NCBI RefSeq assembly: GCF_018977255.1
Contig: NW_024704743.1
Span: 4,838,001-4,902,000, forward strand
Length of the DNA stretch: 64,000 nucleotides
Source of the DNA: Callorhinchus milii
Lineage: Eukaryota
Direction: 5' to 3'
Position numbers and translations under genes: made by a program. Below are positions 40,060 to 53,300 of the stretch, one piece after another. Positions within the stretch are counted from its first letter, which is position 1, and the number at the start of each line of letters is the position of its first letter. Under the pieces are notes generated by a model. It had not been told where the DNA came from, searched no databases, and was given only the letters and a program-made list of their open reading frames with translations.

Positions 40060-40750
40060 GACGAGTAAATTAATCGCAGATCAGAATGCAATTTGTTTTT
40101 AATGGATCCTTAACGACACTGTCTGCAAAGGATTGTGGGATTATTGTTGATCCCCACAAACAAGATGTCGAGGCTTCGGGGAGGAGAAGAGGATCAGAAC
40201 AGGAACCGAGGCTGGCGGTGCCGAGGGCTGGCTTTACGTTTTTCTCACAATAAAAAAAAAACTCACTTCGAGACAACTCGAGAGCAGTCGGAATCAGCAG
40301 TGTGCTGTTGAGCCTGCTGCTGGCACAGCAGCTTGTTCGAACGCCTTACCACAAATGGCTGCTGAAGCTGAACCCATAACGGATTTTTTCTTTTTAAAAA
40401 AAAAGGGATTGGCTAAATACTTGATGAAAGATATAATTACAGAGCGCCGGGGAAGTAGAATGAATGGGATTAGACGGGTGAGGTGGAGGAAAGTGACGCC
40501 AGAACAGAAACAATGGTTCGAATGCCCTGTTCTTTTTGTGCTGTGCACTCGCTAGGATTCTTGCTGTTGCCGGTTTGCACAGCTGCTTTCTGAAGTGTTG
40601 CAATACCGGGGTGTATCACCACGAGAATAGACATTTCAGTGGTGAGCTTCTCACCGCTGGGAGAGGAAATATTATATAAATGCATCTGTTTACGTATCAG
40701 CTACAATGACATGAAGAGCACGGCAGCTGATTCTTTGTACATTTGCAGAC
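40060..40750 (-). promoter_or_regulatory. Candidate promoter or non-coding first exon of ZMYND11
   Basis: Non-repetitive and CpG-enriched relative to the window. YY1-like caaatggctgc at 40352, GGAAGT motif, minus-strand donors gtgagt (40266) and gtaagg (40349). Confidence 0.4.
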
Positions 40751-40767
40751 GGTGTAGTATTGTAGTA

Positions 40768-41058
40768 CCCACACGCCTCTGTTTACCTTGCAGTAAGTAG
40801 CAGTAACCACCCGGTTGTTAGTCGATCAGCGGATCGCTTTACTGGGGGTAATAATTCCTTCAAAAAAAGAATAATAAATTGGTCACTTCAATCCACGACT
40901 GTTTGGGGGTCAGTCGCGCGCAATTGGCTGCCGCATTTCACTCACAAAATATACAGTCAATTCACTTTACAGTATATTCTTCTGTGAAGCTCTTTGAGAT
41001 GCTTGGAAGACGTGATAAGGAGCTATATCAAATGCAAGGATTATTATTATATTATTAT
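40768..41058 (+). mobile_element. SINE (long variant, head missing)
   Basis: Core and (att)n tail. Confidence 0.85.
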
Positions 41059-41301
41059 TGTACTGCACCACTCCCCAGCTCAGTACTGGTAGAAGTTATC
41101 TTCCTAAACTGAAGAAGCCACAATTTTAGTTTCAGACGGGTTCCTGATCAGGACTTCTTCTCAGTTAAATATGTGGGTCAAATGAGGCTCTGAGCTAGGA
41201 AGGGTAATTTAGCCAGACACCGAGGACACTGTCTTTCTTTACACCTTAACAGCTAAAAACAGGTTACCAGGAAGTGTGTGGTTGAAGCTACTGAGCAAAG
41301 A

Positions 41302-41592
41302 TAAATAATCCCCGCATTTGGTATAACGCCTTATTACATCAGGAGATCTCAAAGCGCTTACCAGGATAATAATAATAATAATAATCCTTGCATTTGATAT
41401 AGCGCTTTTCACGTGGGGAGGACGTCCCAAAGCGCTTCACAGAACACACTGTAAAGTGAATTGACTGTATATTTGTGGGCGAACGCGGCAGCCAATTGCG
41501 CACAGCAATGTCCCACAAACAGTCGTAGATTGAAACTGACCAATTTATTATTGTTTTTTTTGGCTTTGGAGGGATTATTATTAGGCGTGTGG
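41302..41592 (-). mobile_element. SINE tail fragment followed by a young 5'-truncated SINE (41366-41592)
   Basis: Near-identical to the reverse complement of 42160-42392. Confidence 0.9.
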
Positions 41593-42062
41593 ATACACTG
41601 ATAAAATGGATTGACTGTGTTTTTCTGGGCAAATGTGGCAGCACAATGAATGGCGCACAGCAATGTCCCACGAACAGCCTTGGAGTCAGCGACCAATTTT
41701 ATTTGGGGGATTGTTGGTCATGACACTGGAGAGAAACTTCTTTCTCTTCTCAAACAGCATCGCGGAATCTTCAACATCCACCCGAAGAGGACTAAAAGGA
41801 TTGCTCTTACAAGAGTCAGCACAACCATAATGGGCCAAATAGCATTCTTCTATGCTTCTAAGAGGAACTTGATGCATACATGAGGGAGGGGAAAATGAAT
41901 GCAGCAATACAGGAGAGAGGAATAGGATGAGGTTGTAGTTGTGGAGTATAAACCCCAGCATGGACTAGTTGGGCTGAATGCCTCATTTCTGCGCCACATT
42001 ATTCCAAATAATTGAACACAACCCCAAGAAGGGGTCGAATAAGTGAGGCTGCTTTTCATTAT

Positions 42063-42392
42063 GGAGTCCTGTAGCTCAGTGGTTAGAGCACTCGCTTTGC
42101 AAGTGAGAGACCTGAGTTCAATTCCAGGCAGGACGAAACCTTGGGCAAGTTTCCTTACTCCACACAGAGCCTAATAATAATCCCTCCAAAAAAAAAAAAA
42201 CAATAATTAAATTGGTCATTTTCAATCTACGACTGTTTGTGGGACATTGCTGTGCGCAATTGGCTGCCGCGTTCGCCCACAAATATACAGGCAATTCACT
42301 TTACAGTGTGTTCTGTTAAGCGCTTTGGGACGTCCTCCCGACGTGAAAAGCGCTATATCAAATGCAAGGATTATTATTATTATTATTATTAT
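42063..42392 (+). mobile_element. Full-length young SINE (short variant)
   Basis: ggagtcctgtagctcagtggttagagc head, B box gagttcaattcc, core and (att)n tail. Confidence 0.92.
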
Positions 42393-42871
42393 GAGTTGCT
42401 TGCAGAGGCAGGCTTAGCTCTAGCAGACAGAATGGTCATTAAAGAGAGTGGTATAAGTGTAAGTTTCAGTGAACAGAAATAAGAGGTGTACTGCTTGCAA
42501 GTCGACAGGAACCAGAAGAACCAACCACCCTTCCAGGTGTGCCATGTACACTCCCAGGCGTTTGCAATTCCCACTTTGCACAAATACAGTATTTTGCTTG
42601 CATTATTGTCTAGTTTCAAAAGTCTGCAATGGTAGAATGGATAAATCGAAGAGAAAAAAGTTGAAAAAAAAATCATTAAAATGGACTTTAGCTCGTCTGT
42701 ATCAAAAAACATACTTTTCTTTCAAAAAGAACTATTGATTTCCACAGTGTCAGAAAATTGATTTATCAATGTATCAAGGCTGAGAAATCGAATTGATATT
42801 TTGATCACTTCAATTATTTACAACTTGAAAACCCATTTCCACTTTCATTGTGCATATGTGTCAGAAATATG

Positions 42872-43203
42872 AGGAGTCCTGTAGCTTAGTGGTTAGACCA
42901 CTCGCCTCGCAAGAGGACCAGGGTTCAATTCCCGGCAGGGCGAAATGTTGGGCAAGTTTCTTTTCTCCACGCGCCTCTGTTTACCTTGCAGTAAGTAGGA
43001 ACCCAGTTGACTGTTGGACATTGCGGCGTGCAATTGGCCGCTATGCTTCACCCGCAAAATACACAGTCAATTCACCTTAAGGCGCTATAATAAATGCAAG
43101 GATTAATAATAAAAATTATTATTAATATTTTGATAGTGCCTTATCACGCCTTTGAGACGTCTCTAAGCGCTTAACAGAGTATATTGTAAAGTGACTCGAC
43201 TAT
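42872..43203. mobile_element. Internally deleted SINE (+) tail-to-tail with a SINE fragment (-)
   Basis: Head at 42872; the two tails meet near 43110. Confidence 0.8.
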
Positions 43204-44397
43204 ATTTATTATAAATTATACTTCTTCCTCCCTCTCCCCCCACCCCTGCAATGCATGTTCTTTCTGCTCAAAATGCAGGGAAGTGGCAAAATCATCTGGT
43301 GTACCTTGTGGTGGGTGACATGTGAAGTTGATTTTTAAATCGGAAATTGTTGAGGTCACAGATTTAAAACGATTCATGTTTATCTAAACACCTATAGGCA
43401 AAAGATCTAAGTTTAAAACAAGTTTATATGTAGGTCCTAAAGAAAATTTTAAAATCGCTTCTCTGACCTTAAAAAACAGTGAAACCTAGAACAGCAGGAC
43501 TTATGTTACTGCTAAATCAGTATTCCTATTTGACAGGACTATGGACTAACTAATCAAACCGATTACCCTTTCGGCCATATTGATATTTACTGTGCATTCA
43601 AACATATGGAGGTTGAAAAATTGATATAGCGCCCTAGCATGTCTTCGAGACGTCTCAAAGCGCTTCACATAATATACTGCAAAGTGAATTGACTGTACAT
43701 TTTGTGGGCAAAATAAAGGGAAATGAGTAAATTTAATGCAAAGTTTTGACTACTACTATGTACGTTTCTGTACATAATATCTTAATAGTATTATCTTATT
43801 ATTATCTTAAATTTCCATCCTTACTTCCCATGATGGTACTGGCACTCTGATCTCTCATAATAATAATCATTGCATTTAATATAGCGCTTTATCACATTTT
43901 CAAAACGGCTCAAAGTGCTTCACAGAATATACTGTAAAGTTAACTGATTGTATATTTTGTGGATGAAACGCAGCAAATGTTGGCTCCTTGGCCACTTTCT
44001 AATTGCACAGCCCCAAACTGGCAGCAGCAATCGAACAGACATAGGTCTTTCAATCACCGTGCACCCAATATCCATCTGCCGCACCCTCTACCTCTTTGCT
44101 TTCAAAACTATTATGAAAACCTACTTCTAAAAAGCAAGCATGCCTTCAGTCAACTCCCTCCTGCAACCCTCCCTCTCCCATTTCCCGCCTTGCTCAGGTT
44201 TCCACTCCCATCTCTGTAAAACAAACAAAAAACGAATGATATTTGCATAGCACCTTTCGCATTGGAAGTAAGTCCCAAGCCACTGGACAGTTGAGGGTTT
44301 GCACCCGAGCTGGGGGTTGGAATCAAGAAAGTTGGGGGTGGGAGTGTGTCCAAGGGTTTCAACGTAATAGATGCTCTATAAGTGCACATTTTTGTTA

Positions 44398-44917
44398 TAA
44401 TATAATAATAATCCTTGCATTTGATATAGCGCTTTTCACATCTTGTAGGCCTCTCAAAGGGCTTCACAGAATATACTGTGAAGTGAATTAACTGTATATT
44501 TTGTGGATGAAACGCAGCAGCCTATTGTGCACAGCAGCGTCCCACAAACAGCCGCGGATTGAGTGACCACATCTTTTAAAGATTTATTTTGAAGAAATTA
44601 TAAACCCCAGAAAAGCGTTCTGACGATCGACTGATAAGCGGGTTCCTATTTACTGCTAGGTAAACAGAGGCGTGTGGAATAAGGAAATTTGGCCAACGTT
44701 TTGCCCTGCCCGGAAATCAAATCTAGGTCCTCTCGCTTGCGAGGCAAGTGCTCTAAACCACTGAGCTATAAGACTCTCACCTACATACAGCACATGTTCG
44801 CCCACAAATATACAGTCAATTCACTTTACAGTGTGTTCTGTGAAGCGCTTTGGGACGTCCTCCCGATGTGAAAAGCGCTATATCAAATGCAAGGATTATT
44901 ATTATTATTATTATTAT
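44398..44917. mobile_element. Full-length long-variant SINE (-, 44398-44776) next to a SINE 3' fragment (+, 44795-44917)
   Basis: Direct similarity to the other copies. Confidence 0.88.
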
Positions 44918-45144
44918 GTAGTGGGAATTGATGGGGCAACTCACTTCCTTTATTGCAACTCCGGTATTCTACCAATGGCACAGCAATGATCAGCGATTCA
45001 TATGGTGACCAACAACTTCCTCCTATTCAGTCAGCAAACTAAAAATGGATTTTAACAATGTGCGCAGCAGCACGGGAAACAAGATCTTAAGGATAGAGCA
45101 TAACATCACAGGAAATGAAAGTGGGCTTGTACAAAGTACTGCAT

Positions 45145-45640
45145 TGTGCATCATCCAAAACTCTGCAGCTCGTGTCCGCTCCCGCACCAGGCTCCGTGAT
45201 CCAGATCATCCCCACCCTCGCCCGGCTCCATTGGTTCCCCATCCCTCAGAGCATAGAATTCAAAATCCTCGTCCTCACTTTCAAGGCCCTCCACAGCCTT
45301 GCCCCCTCCTCCATCTCTGACCTGCTGACCCCCTATCAACCTCCGCTCAGCGGGCTCTGGCCTGCTCCTGGTCTACCATTGGTGGCCGGGCTTTCAGCCT
45401 CTGCCCCCACTCCATCCCACAATCTCCATCCCTTCACCTTGCTCCCTCTCTTGCCTCCTTGAAGTCACAACTCAAGACTCTCCTTTTGACCGTGCCTTCA
45501 GCCGCCCTCCTACCCCCTCTGCCCTCCCTCATCCCAACCCTGCCCCCTACACTCAGGTCCTGATCCCTGACTGTTCAGCGCCTTGGGACGTCCTCCCGAC
45601 ATGAAAGGTGCTTTACAAATGTAATTTTATTGCTGTTCTT
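45145..45640 (+). mobile_element. L2 LINE 3' end
   Basis: IIQNSAARV...LARLHWFPIPQSIEFKILVLTFKALHSLAP; same 3'UTR as the 13678 copy. Confidence 0.88.
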
Positions 45641-46169
45641 GTACCTGTTCTATAGGAAGGGCAATCAGCAAGTTTGTTTATTCATTAGGGATTTAAACCA
45701 CGAGAAGAATTTTGAATGTGTGAATGTTTACAATGGAAAAAGGAAAATTACAGGGTTACTCTATTAAAGTTTTCAAGATCTTAAAGGATAAAGATAAACT
45801 AGACACCAATACTATCCTTGATTGCAGTCCACAGGGGGTCTCAACCACAATAGCTAGAAGGTGAGAAGTTTAGATTTAAATACTTTTATGCAGTTTTTAA
45901 ATGAATACATGGAATAGACTGCTTAGGAAGATGGTGTAAAGGGATAACAATCTCATGAGAAATAGATAGATTTGGAAAGATTGAAGGTTTGAGGAATAGC
46001 AAACAATGGCATTTTAGAAAATGGGACCTGCCAAACAGCTCATAATTGTCTGGTTTAGTGCATTCCTAACAAAGTATACTTTCAAATGTTTGTCATTATA
46101 TTTGAGACTCATTTGTCTCAACATGCTGAACCATTTGAAAATGCATAGTTTATACATACCTGACCTTAA

Positions 46170-46530
46170 TTACTGTTAAACATAGTATCTGTAGGAAATG
46201 CGGCAGTCTATTTACACAGCAATGTCCCACAAACAAATGGGAAGGCAAATGACCAATTTACGTGGAGGATTGTTGGCCTGGGCACCAAAAGAAATTCCCT
46301 TCACACTTTGAGAAGTATTATGGATTTCTTTAGCATCCGCCTGAAAGGGCAGACGAAACCACAGTTCAACATTTCATCTGAGGGACAGCACCTCTGCCAA
46401 TGCAGTGCTCTTCTAACGCCACAATGAAGTGTCTGCCTAGACTGTGAGCTCAAAGTCCTCGACTCAGGACTTTAACCTATAACCTTCTAACCCAACATGG
46501 GAGTGCTACTAACTGAGCCAAGCTGACATC
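46170..46530 (-). mobile_element. Old DeuSINE (SacSINE1-like) relic
   Basis: tRNA-like head (RC tcagcttggctcagttagtagcactcc) and a long Deu-like body. Similar relics near 20700-21085, 38860-39030, 39280-39510, 51500-51790, 52820-53080 and 53260-53540. Confidence 0.65.
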
Positions 46531-47103
46531 CTGTAAAACATTTTATGGTGATAGGTATCCTTGTTTATAGAGCTGAGTTGCACAAGCCGAAGGATCGTGG
46601 TTTAATTCATTGAACAAAATGAAACATCTCCATCACAAAATCTCAGCAAAAACAGATTTGAATTTATAATCTTCTGGCCACCGAGTGGAGCTTTTCAAAC
46701 ACAATTCAATCGAATTCTAACTGCTGTACTTTTACACATGACTTGCACTCTCTTGTTAATCCAACGATTAAATAGAGACCCGAAGGAGCAAAACCATACA
46801 GGTTTGTCTGCCAGCTCCACAATCAGTTTATCATAAATCTTCTATTGAATTAGAATATAAATACAACAACCTTGCATTTATACAGCACCTTTCATGTAGG
46901 TAGCGTCTCGGAGCACTCGATTCTGAGAATACTAATCTCAAATGTAGTTTTGAGAAAAGATTTTTCTCCTAATTCTGCCTCTGGTTCCCCACAACATCAA
47001 CTTGCATTTATATGTAAACCCTCAAGGATAAAATAGTGTGCGGCACAAACATTTTGAGGATATCCCAACTCGAGTCATTGTTAAATACATCTGACAGCTC
47101 CGA

Positions 47104-47319
47104 TAAAATAATAATAATAATCCTTGCATTTGATATAGCGCTTTTCACGTCAAGAGGACGTCCCAAAGCGCTTCACAGAACACACTGTAAAGTGAATTGA
47201 CTGTATATTTGTGGGCGAACGCGGCAGCCAATTGCGCACAGCAATGTCCCACAAACAGTCGTAGATTAAAAGTGACCAATTTTATTATTGTTTTTGGTTT
47301 TGGAGGGATTACTATTAGG
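47104..47319 (-). mobile_element. Young SINE, 5'-truncated
   Basis: Near-identical to the 41366-41592 copy. Confidence 0.9.
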
Positions 47320-50300
47320 CCAACCTGCAGACCCAACTTACCTAATGCGTATTTGTGGAGTACCAGATCAGCATTCATTGGTGCAAAATTGGACATAGAC
47401 TGTCTTATGCAATTAACTTTGTGGATCAGAAGCATTTATTTGAACTTTTCCTCAATAGATTACATTTTTTTTGTCAGTCAGGTGCCTGACACATGCATAC
47501 TAGTACTGTAAACCCAACGCCATGCTTAAATGTATTCAAACCAGGCAGATTTCCCCATATGTTCGCCACATACGTCTGGACTTTATGCGCACACTCACTC
47601 ATCCTGGAGGAACGCAGCCTGCTCATTTATTTTCAGAGAGTATTCATCGCAGATTGGCAAGAGCCAAGGCTTGGGCACCCCAGAGTACATGTTAGGATAC
47701 TGCTAGAGTTTAAAATAAAACCGTATAGCTTTTTGTTGAGCGTGCTGACCAGCAAGCAGCTAGAACCGCTCTAACAGTCGGTATTAGGGCTTGGTCTTGC
47801 AGGATTAACAGAAACCGGGATGGAGAAAATCCAGGTCAGCTCCAAGGAGACCCTGCTACACCCCCCCACCCCCCACCCCCAGAAAGATAGCCAAAAGATA
47901 AAAGGGGTCTACTTTAGAGAAGATTGCTCATGGTCTGTGACCAGAGCTGGCCAAATGGCCTTTCCTCATGTTGTGCTTTCTTGGATTCTTATTCCAATCC
48001 ACTTAATCGTAGCAAGATGGTCATTCCGTTTGTTTTACTTTTCCGTATCAATCAACCAGAAAGTGCCAAGCTTGGAGGGCAACCGAGTGGCACACAACAT
48101 ATTGGCGCACCAAAAGGATACACTTTTCGCCACATGACAAATCCTCAACCTCAGCTGGACCATCTGGCAGAAGCACTATCCTGCGGGCGGGAGAAAAGAC
48201 AACACGCACTGATCTTATGCACTTTCCAGCAGCTGTTTTCAATGTAGAATTGGCAGGCATCAAGGAACATGTCATCCGCCTGCATTTTTTTGGACGGTGA
48301 ACAATGTCATCATGGAGGAAGTAAAAACTCAGTCCAGCTAAGGGGACAGGACTCCAAAAAAAAACTGAGCTCTGTTGCGTAAACCACTGCCTCTCACAAT
48401 AATAGTCATGCAGCATATAAAAAAAAACTTTGTTTTTTCAATTTTATCACACACGCAATCTACTCAACAGAAATTATAAAAGAAACACCTATCTCAATCC
48501 AATAATCGCTTCTTTGCAAACATCCTTTTAAAACAACAAGCTGAGCAGCTTCAAGTACTGTCTTTTCTGGAGTGACACTAAGACTGTTTTTGTGATCTTC
48601 ACCACATCGCCTGCCGCCGTTCTTATATCTAACGCCGAATGCTGCTGCAATCCCCATTCACACCTTAACCACCTTCAGATACAAGTTTTCAAATGGTCCG
48701 CAGCTCCAGATCATCGAAAACTATCGCCCACTCCCTTATCCGCAAGAATCTTTACACACCCATCACCTCCATCCTGTCTCCGAGCATATAGATTTTAAGA
48801 CCCTCACCTTCACCTACAATTCCTTTCACGTCCTTGCACCTCACTCACTACCTCTGTGATTTTCTCCCGCCTCACTTTCCTATTCACCTCACCCTCCTCT
48901 CCCCGTGCTCAGTGCCTGGCACCATCTTGGTAAGGCACTCCGATACATTACTCTATATGAAGGGCATTATACAAGTTATTGTTGTAATAATAATCCTTGT
49001 ATTCGGATTAATAATCCTTATCACGTCAAAAGGATGTCTCAAAGCACTTCACAATAATTACCGTGACTGTGAATTTGTGGGCAAACAATTGTGACTGAAT
49101 TGCAATGTCCCACAAAACAGCCATGAGACGAATGACCAACTTTATTTGGGGGAAACAATTGATTAAATTTTTGAGTGAACAAATAACAAAAGCAATTTTT
49201 CTATTCCATATAACCACACCAAGTTTTGTTTTACAACGTTGTCATTCAGTGGATCATTAATACTTCATAAAAAGAATAAATGTATTTAAGAAGAATTATG
49301 ACGCATACATGAGGGATACGGGGAAGAGAGACATAGGGAGGGGATTAGGAGGGATGGAAGCGTATGTGGAGTATAAGCACCAGGAAGTTTGGCGTACATG
49401 CTCTGATTCCATGCTGTAAAGCTCTAAGTAATTCTATGAATGCATTTAAGCCAATACACCTTAATATCATACATTACAATTATATTACACATCAATGCCG
49501 TTGGAATTTCCTCCCAACATAAAAGGTGCTTTATAAATGCAATTTGTTGTTGCTGTTAGGTATGTTTGTTGGGTTAGGGTATCAAGGGTAATTGGGAGTT
49601 GAGGTATAGATCACCCATCTAAAGGAATGGCAGACTAGGCTCGAGGGGCTGAATGGCCTACTCCTGTTCCTATGTTCCCATGTTTCTATGTTCCCGTTTA
49701 AAAGTACTCACACAAACAAGTGACAACTAACGGAATTTCATTCCAGGCTCAAAAGGTTTTCTCTACAGGCGCAACACAAATTTAGAAAGACAAGTCCGTG
49801 AAGGCGATGATGAGTGATTTTCAGAATACATAACACATTCATCATTACAAATAACTGAAATCTCGGGTAGACTGTATAAAAATTTACATTTACACTATAT
49901 TTTCCTGACATCCAAGGTGGTAAGTAAGGTGATCTGGATTCTTAAGGACAGAATATCATGGAGGAGCCAACATCATGCATGTAGTTACAGCATGTGATGT
50001 TATATTTCACACATTCTGGCGTCCAGAGGTTTTGACTCTGGAGTGTAGATGGAACGGAGTTAAATAAATGCAGGTAACAGGCAAGACTGGAAAATAGAGC
50101 GTAACTTTGTTTGGTATTCTGGCACCACTCCATCTCGCAAACAGAGATGATTCTTGTAGTAAATACTGTAAAGGGTTTTGAAGCCCTAAAGCACTATACA
50201 AATGCCACTTCTTACTTTCTATCACCACACTCTGGTGACTTCAGAGTCCACAAACTATTTCAGCACTGATAACACTAAAGTGGAGTTCAATGCTGTCCTC

Positions 50301-53300
50301 CCAGATGTCTGCACGTGGGTATTTTCCAGCAGGGGTCAATAATATAGCGAAGCAATTTGAAACGAGAAGAAAAACAGCAACAAAGAAATGTGGTCACTGG
50401 CCTACTGCACTTTTCTCCTTATTTATAGTTCTGCTTCGTTGGTTGAAAAGAAGAGGAAAATCCACACATGAAATCAATAATGTAACAAGATGCCGTCTGC
50501 TCATGCACATGTAGTTCATTTTTTGTCACCACCTCAGAGGAGCTATAAGCAAAGTACATCCTGTTAAAAACCACTTGAAAGCTGGCCAGCACCGAAAGGC
50601 AGTAGGCAGGAACCCATGTCCGCTCAGCACCGCAGATTCAAGTGTGGCGTCTACACTAATTAAAACTTCATGACTTTCTTTCCTAAATAGTCCAAACTAG
50701 CAATGTTTATAGTGGCAAAGCTGAACCACAACGTTCCCTTTATCATCCCCAAAGATTCGGGGTTGACTGGGATATTATTTTGCAGTTTACTTACTGTTGG
50801 GTAGGAATAAAGGGAGCTCACAACCAAATGAGAATTCCGCTTCTTTGCAAGCCTGCAATTTTTTTTATATAAAACGTCAAAGTCACAACAATTTACATTT
50901 AATTTACGCCAGGAGCCCTCAAAGCACTTCAAAGCACTTCGCACAACTGATCGGGAGGCTGAACTTGGGGAAAACTGTTGGGAGGGGTAGCAGGAAGGGT
51001 GGCCAAAAATGCAGGTGAAGAAATAGTTCTTAAGGTGGGTTCTGACGAACCTGACCTGAATTAAAATGGCTCAATGAGTCTGTAAGTACATTAAAAATCT
51101 TAAATGTAGCCCTCGACTGAACCTCCCAAAACAACATTTAAAAATTCGCTTGCACTGGTTGATAGTTAAATTGCAGTCACATTACACTAGGGGTTTAAAT
51201 CAGACTAGTTTTATTTTATAAACATGGTAGAATTGGGTTTGGGGGTTCTTGTAACTGCAGTTTATCTTAGTAAAACGTGAGATGTGGTTTCAGAATCATT
51301 ACATAGATCCAATCTGAGTGTTTTTCTGATTCATTAAATAATATATACAACAACTTGCACATATAGCGCCCTTCACGTGAGGTAGTGTCCCAGACCACTT
51401 ACATACACAGTGTATAATACATAAGATTCTGGGATCAAGGTGAATCCTTCAGATGAGAAAATCCTAATTCTAGACTTTTCAAACAAATTTCAGGTTCCCA
51501 CTTAATAATAATCCTAGCGTTTGATACAACATCTTATCACACCATTCAGATGCTGCAAAGTGCTTCACAGGGTTGTTACTGTGAAATGTACTGTCTATGT
51601 ATTCCTAAGCAAACACTACAGCTCGTTTACACACAGCAAAGTTCCATAAAACAGCCAATTTTACCTGGAGACAGTTGGCCTGGACACCAGGAGAAAAGCC
51701 CTTCTCTTATTGAGTAGTGCCATGGATTCTTTAACATGTATCTGAACAAGCAGACGGGACATCAGGTTAACATCTCATCCAAGGGCAGTTAAATTCCTTG
51801 ATTGATTATGAGTGTGAGCAAATCTATTTTTTTTAACGACTAAGTGCTTCAACTAATTAAAATTAAAAACCAAAAATAACTAGTGGATCCTGGTCAGAAG
51901 AAGAAAAAAAATAAAGAACGCAGCATGAATTATTTGTGGACAGATTGGATCAAGTTTCTGAATTTTCCTACAAAGAGCCCGTGACTGATTGATGGGATGT
52001 TAAATAGCAAATCATTATTGGGATAAAGAGCACCTGCAAAAGTACTTAACCATTGTCTGTACCTCTGCAATTCTTACGAACAGACCTGTCCTAATGATTA
52101 GTTTGAAGCCTTCTCATCAGAGCTCATTTCATTTTAGGCAATTCACTGAAGACAGGTGGACAGATTGATCAGGTAGGACTCAATAGTGAGTAGTAGGTTC
52201 ATAAGATTTAATTCAATGTCTCAAACTCACGAAAGTAAGTCTGTTTTTACAAAACCTAAGGTCTGTTGGGCACTAAGGAGAAATTCTTCAGCAGCAAAAC
52301 TTTATTGGCAGGACCTCTTCAAAATAAAATGTTGTAAGAAGCAAAATGGAGAAAGACTGCAAAACTGGCAGTATTTCTACCAAAGGCAATATCACTCCAG
52401 CATGTAGGAACGACAGACACTGACGGGGACAAACACTGCTTTTCACCTGATGGCTTACACGGACTGAAAAACTGCCAAAAAAAACAGACCTGGCACTGAA
52501 ATCTTAGCCCGTTTCATTTTTATTTTGGCAGATGTCACACATTGCAAACTGTAATGGTTTATAATTCAAATGGATTACAAAATTGGTGCACAATGGTCAT
52601 CTCATCAGGAACAGCAAGTTACAGCAATTAATGTTTGTACCTTGCAAACGCATTGGCACAAGCAGTATTTATTTAGAAGCACATCAGGTGGTCACAGTCC
52701 TGTGCTACATACATTACGGTAATACAGCACTAAAGGCAACAGCAAAAATGATAATGTAAATGAGACAAAGTGCCTCCAGACATTGCAAACACCATATCCA
52801 TGGCAAATGACACATCAAGGTGTCAAGTTTGGTTCAGTTGCCAGCACTCTCCCTTCTGAGTCAGATGGCCATGGGTTCAAGCCACAACAACCGCTTATAT
52901 TTGCGTAAATAATTAAACTACAAATCCTGACGAGTCAGGATTTTGAGTTCATAGACGAGATTGGTTCTCCAACGTAGTGCTGGGAAGCGCTGCTTTGTCA
53001 GAGTGCTATCCAGCAGTTGTAACATTAAGATGAGATCCCTACCTGTTCAGGTGGCTTTTAAATATCCCTTAGCACTATTCTCACGTCAAGTGAACAAAGA
53101 CTTTCATAGAGGAAATTGAAGTGTTGATCAAAAGCTAAAAACTAGAAACAAAGAATGTATAGTTTTAATCGAGACTGCAACATTGAAATTAAGTACTCTG
53201 AAACTCTATCCCGCATGAAGGGTACTATATAAATGCAAGTTGTTATTGTGTTGAAATGTCTCAAAGCACTTTAGTCATATCTCATAGGCAAACACTGCAA

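Noticed and set aside
52922..52943. Hairpin aaatcctgac-ga-gtcaggattt containing CTGACGA
   Set aside because: No GAAA box or hammerhead topology; it is a short isolated palindrome.
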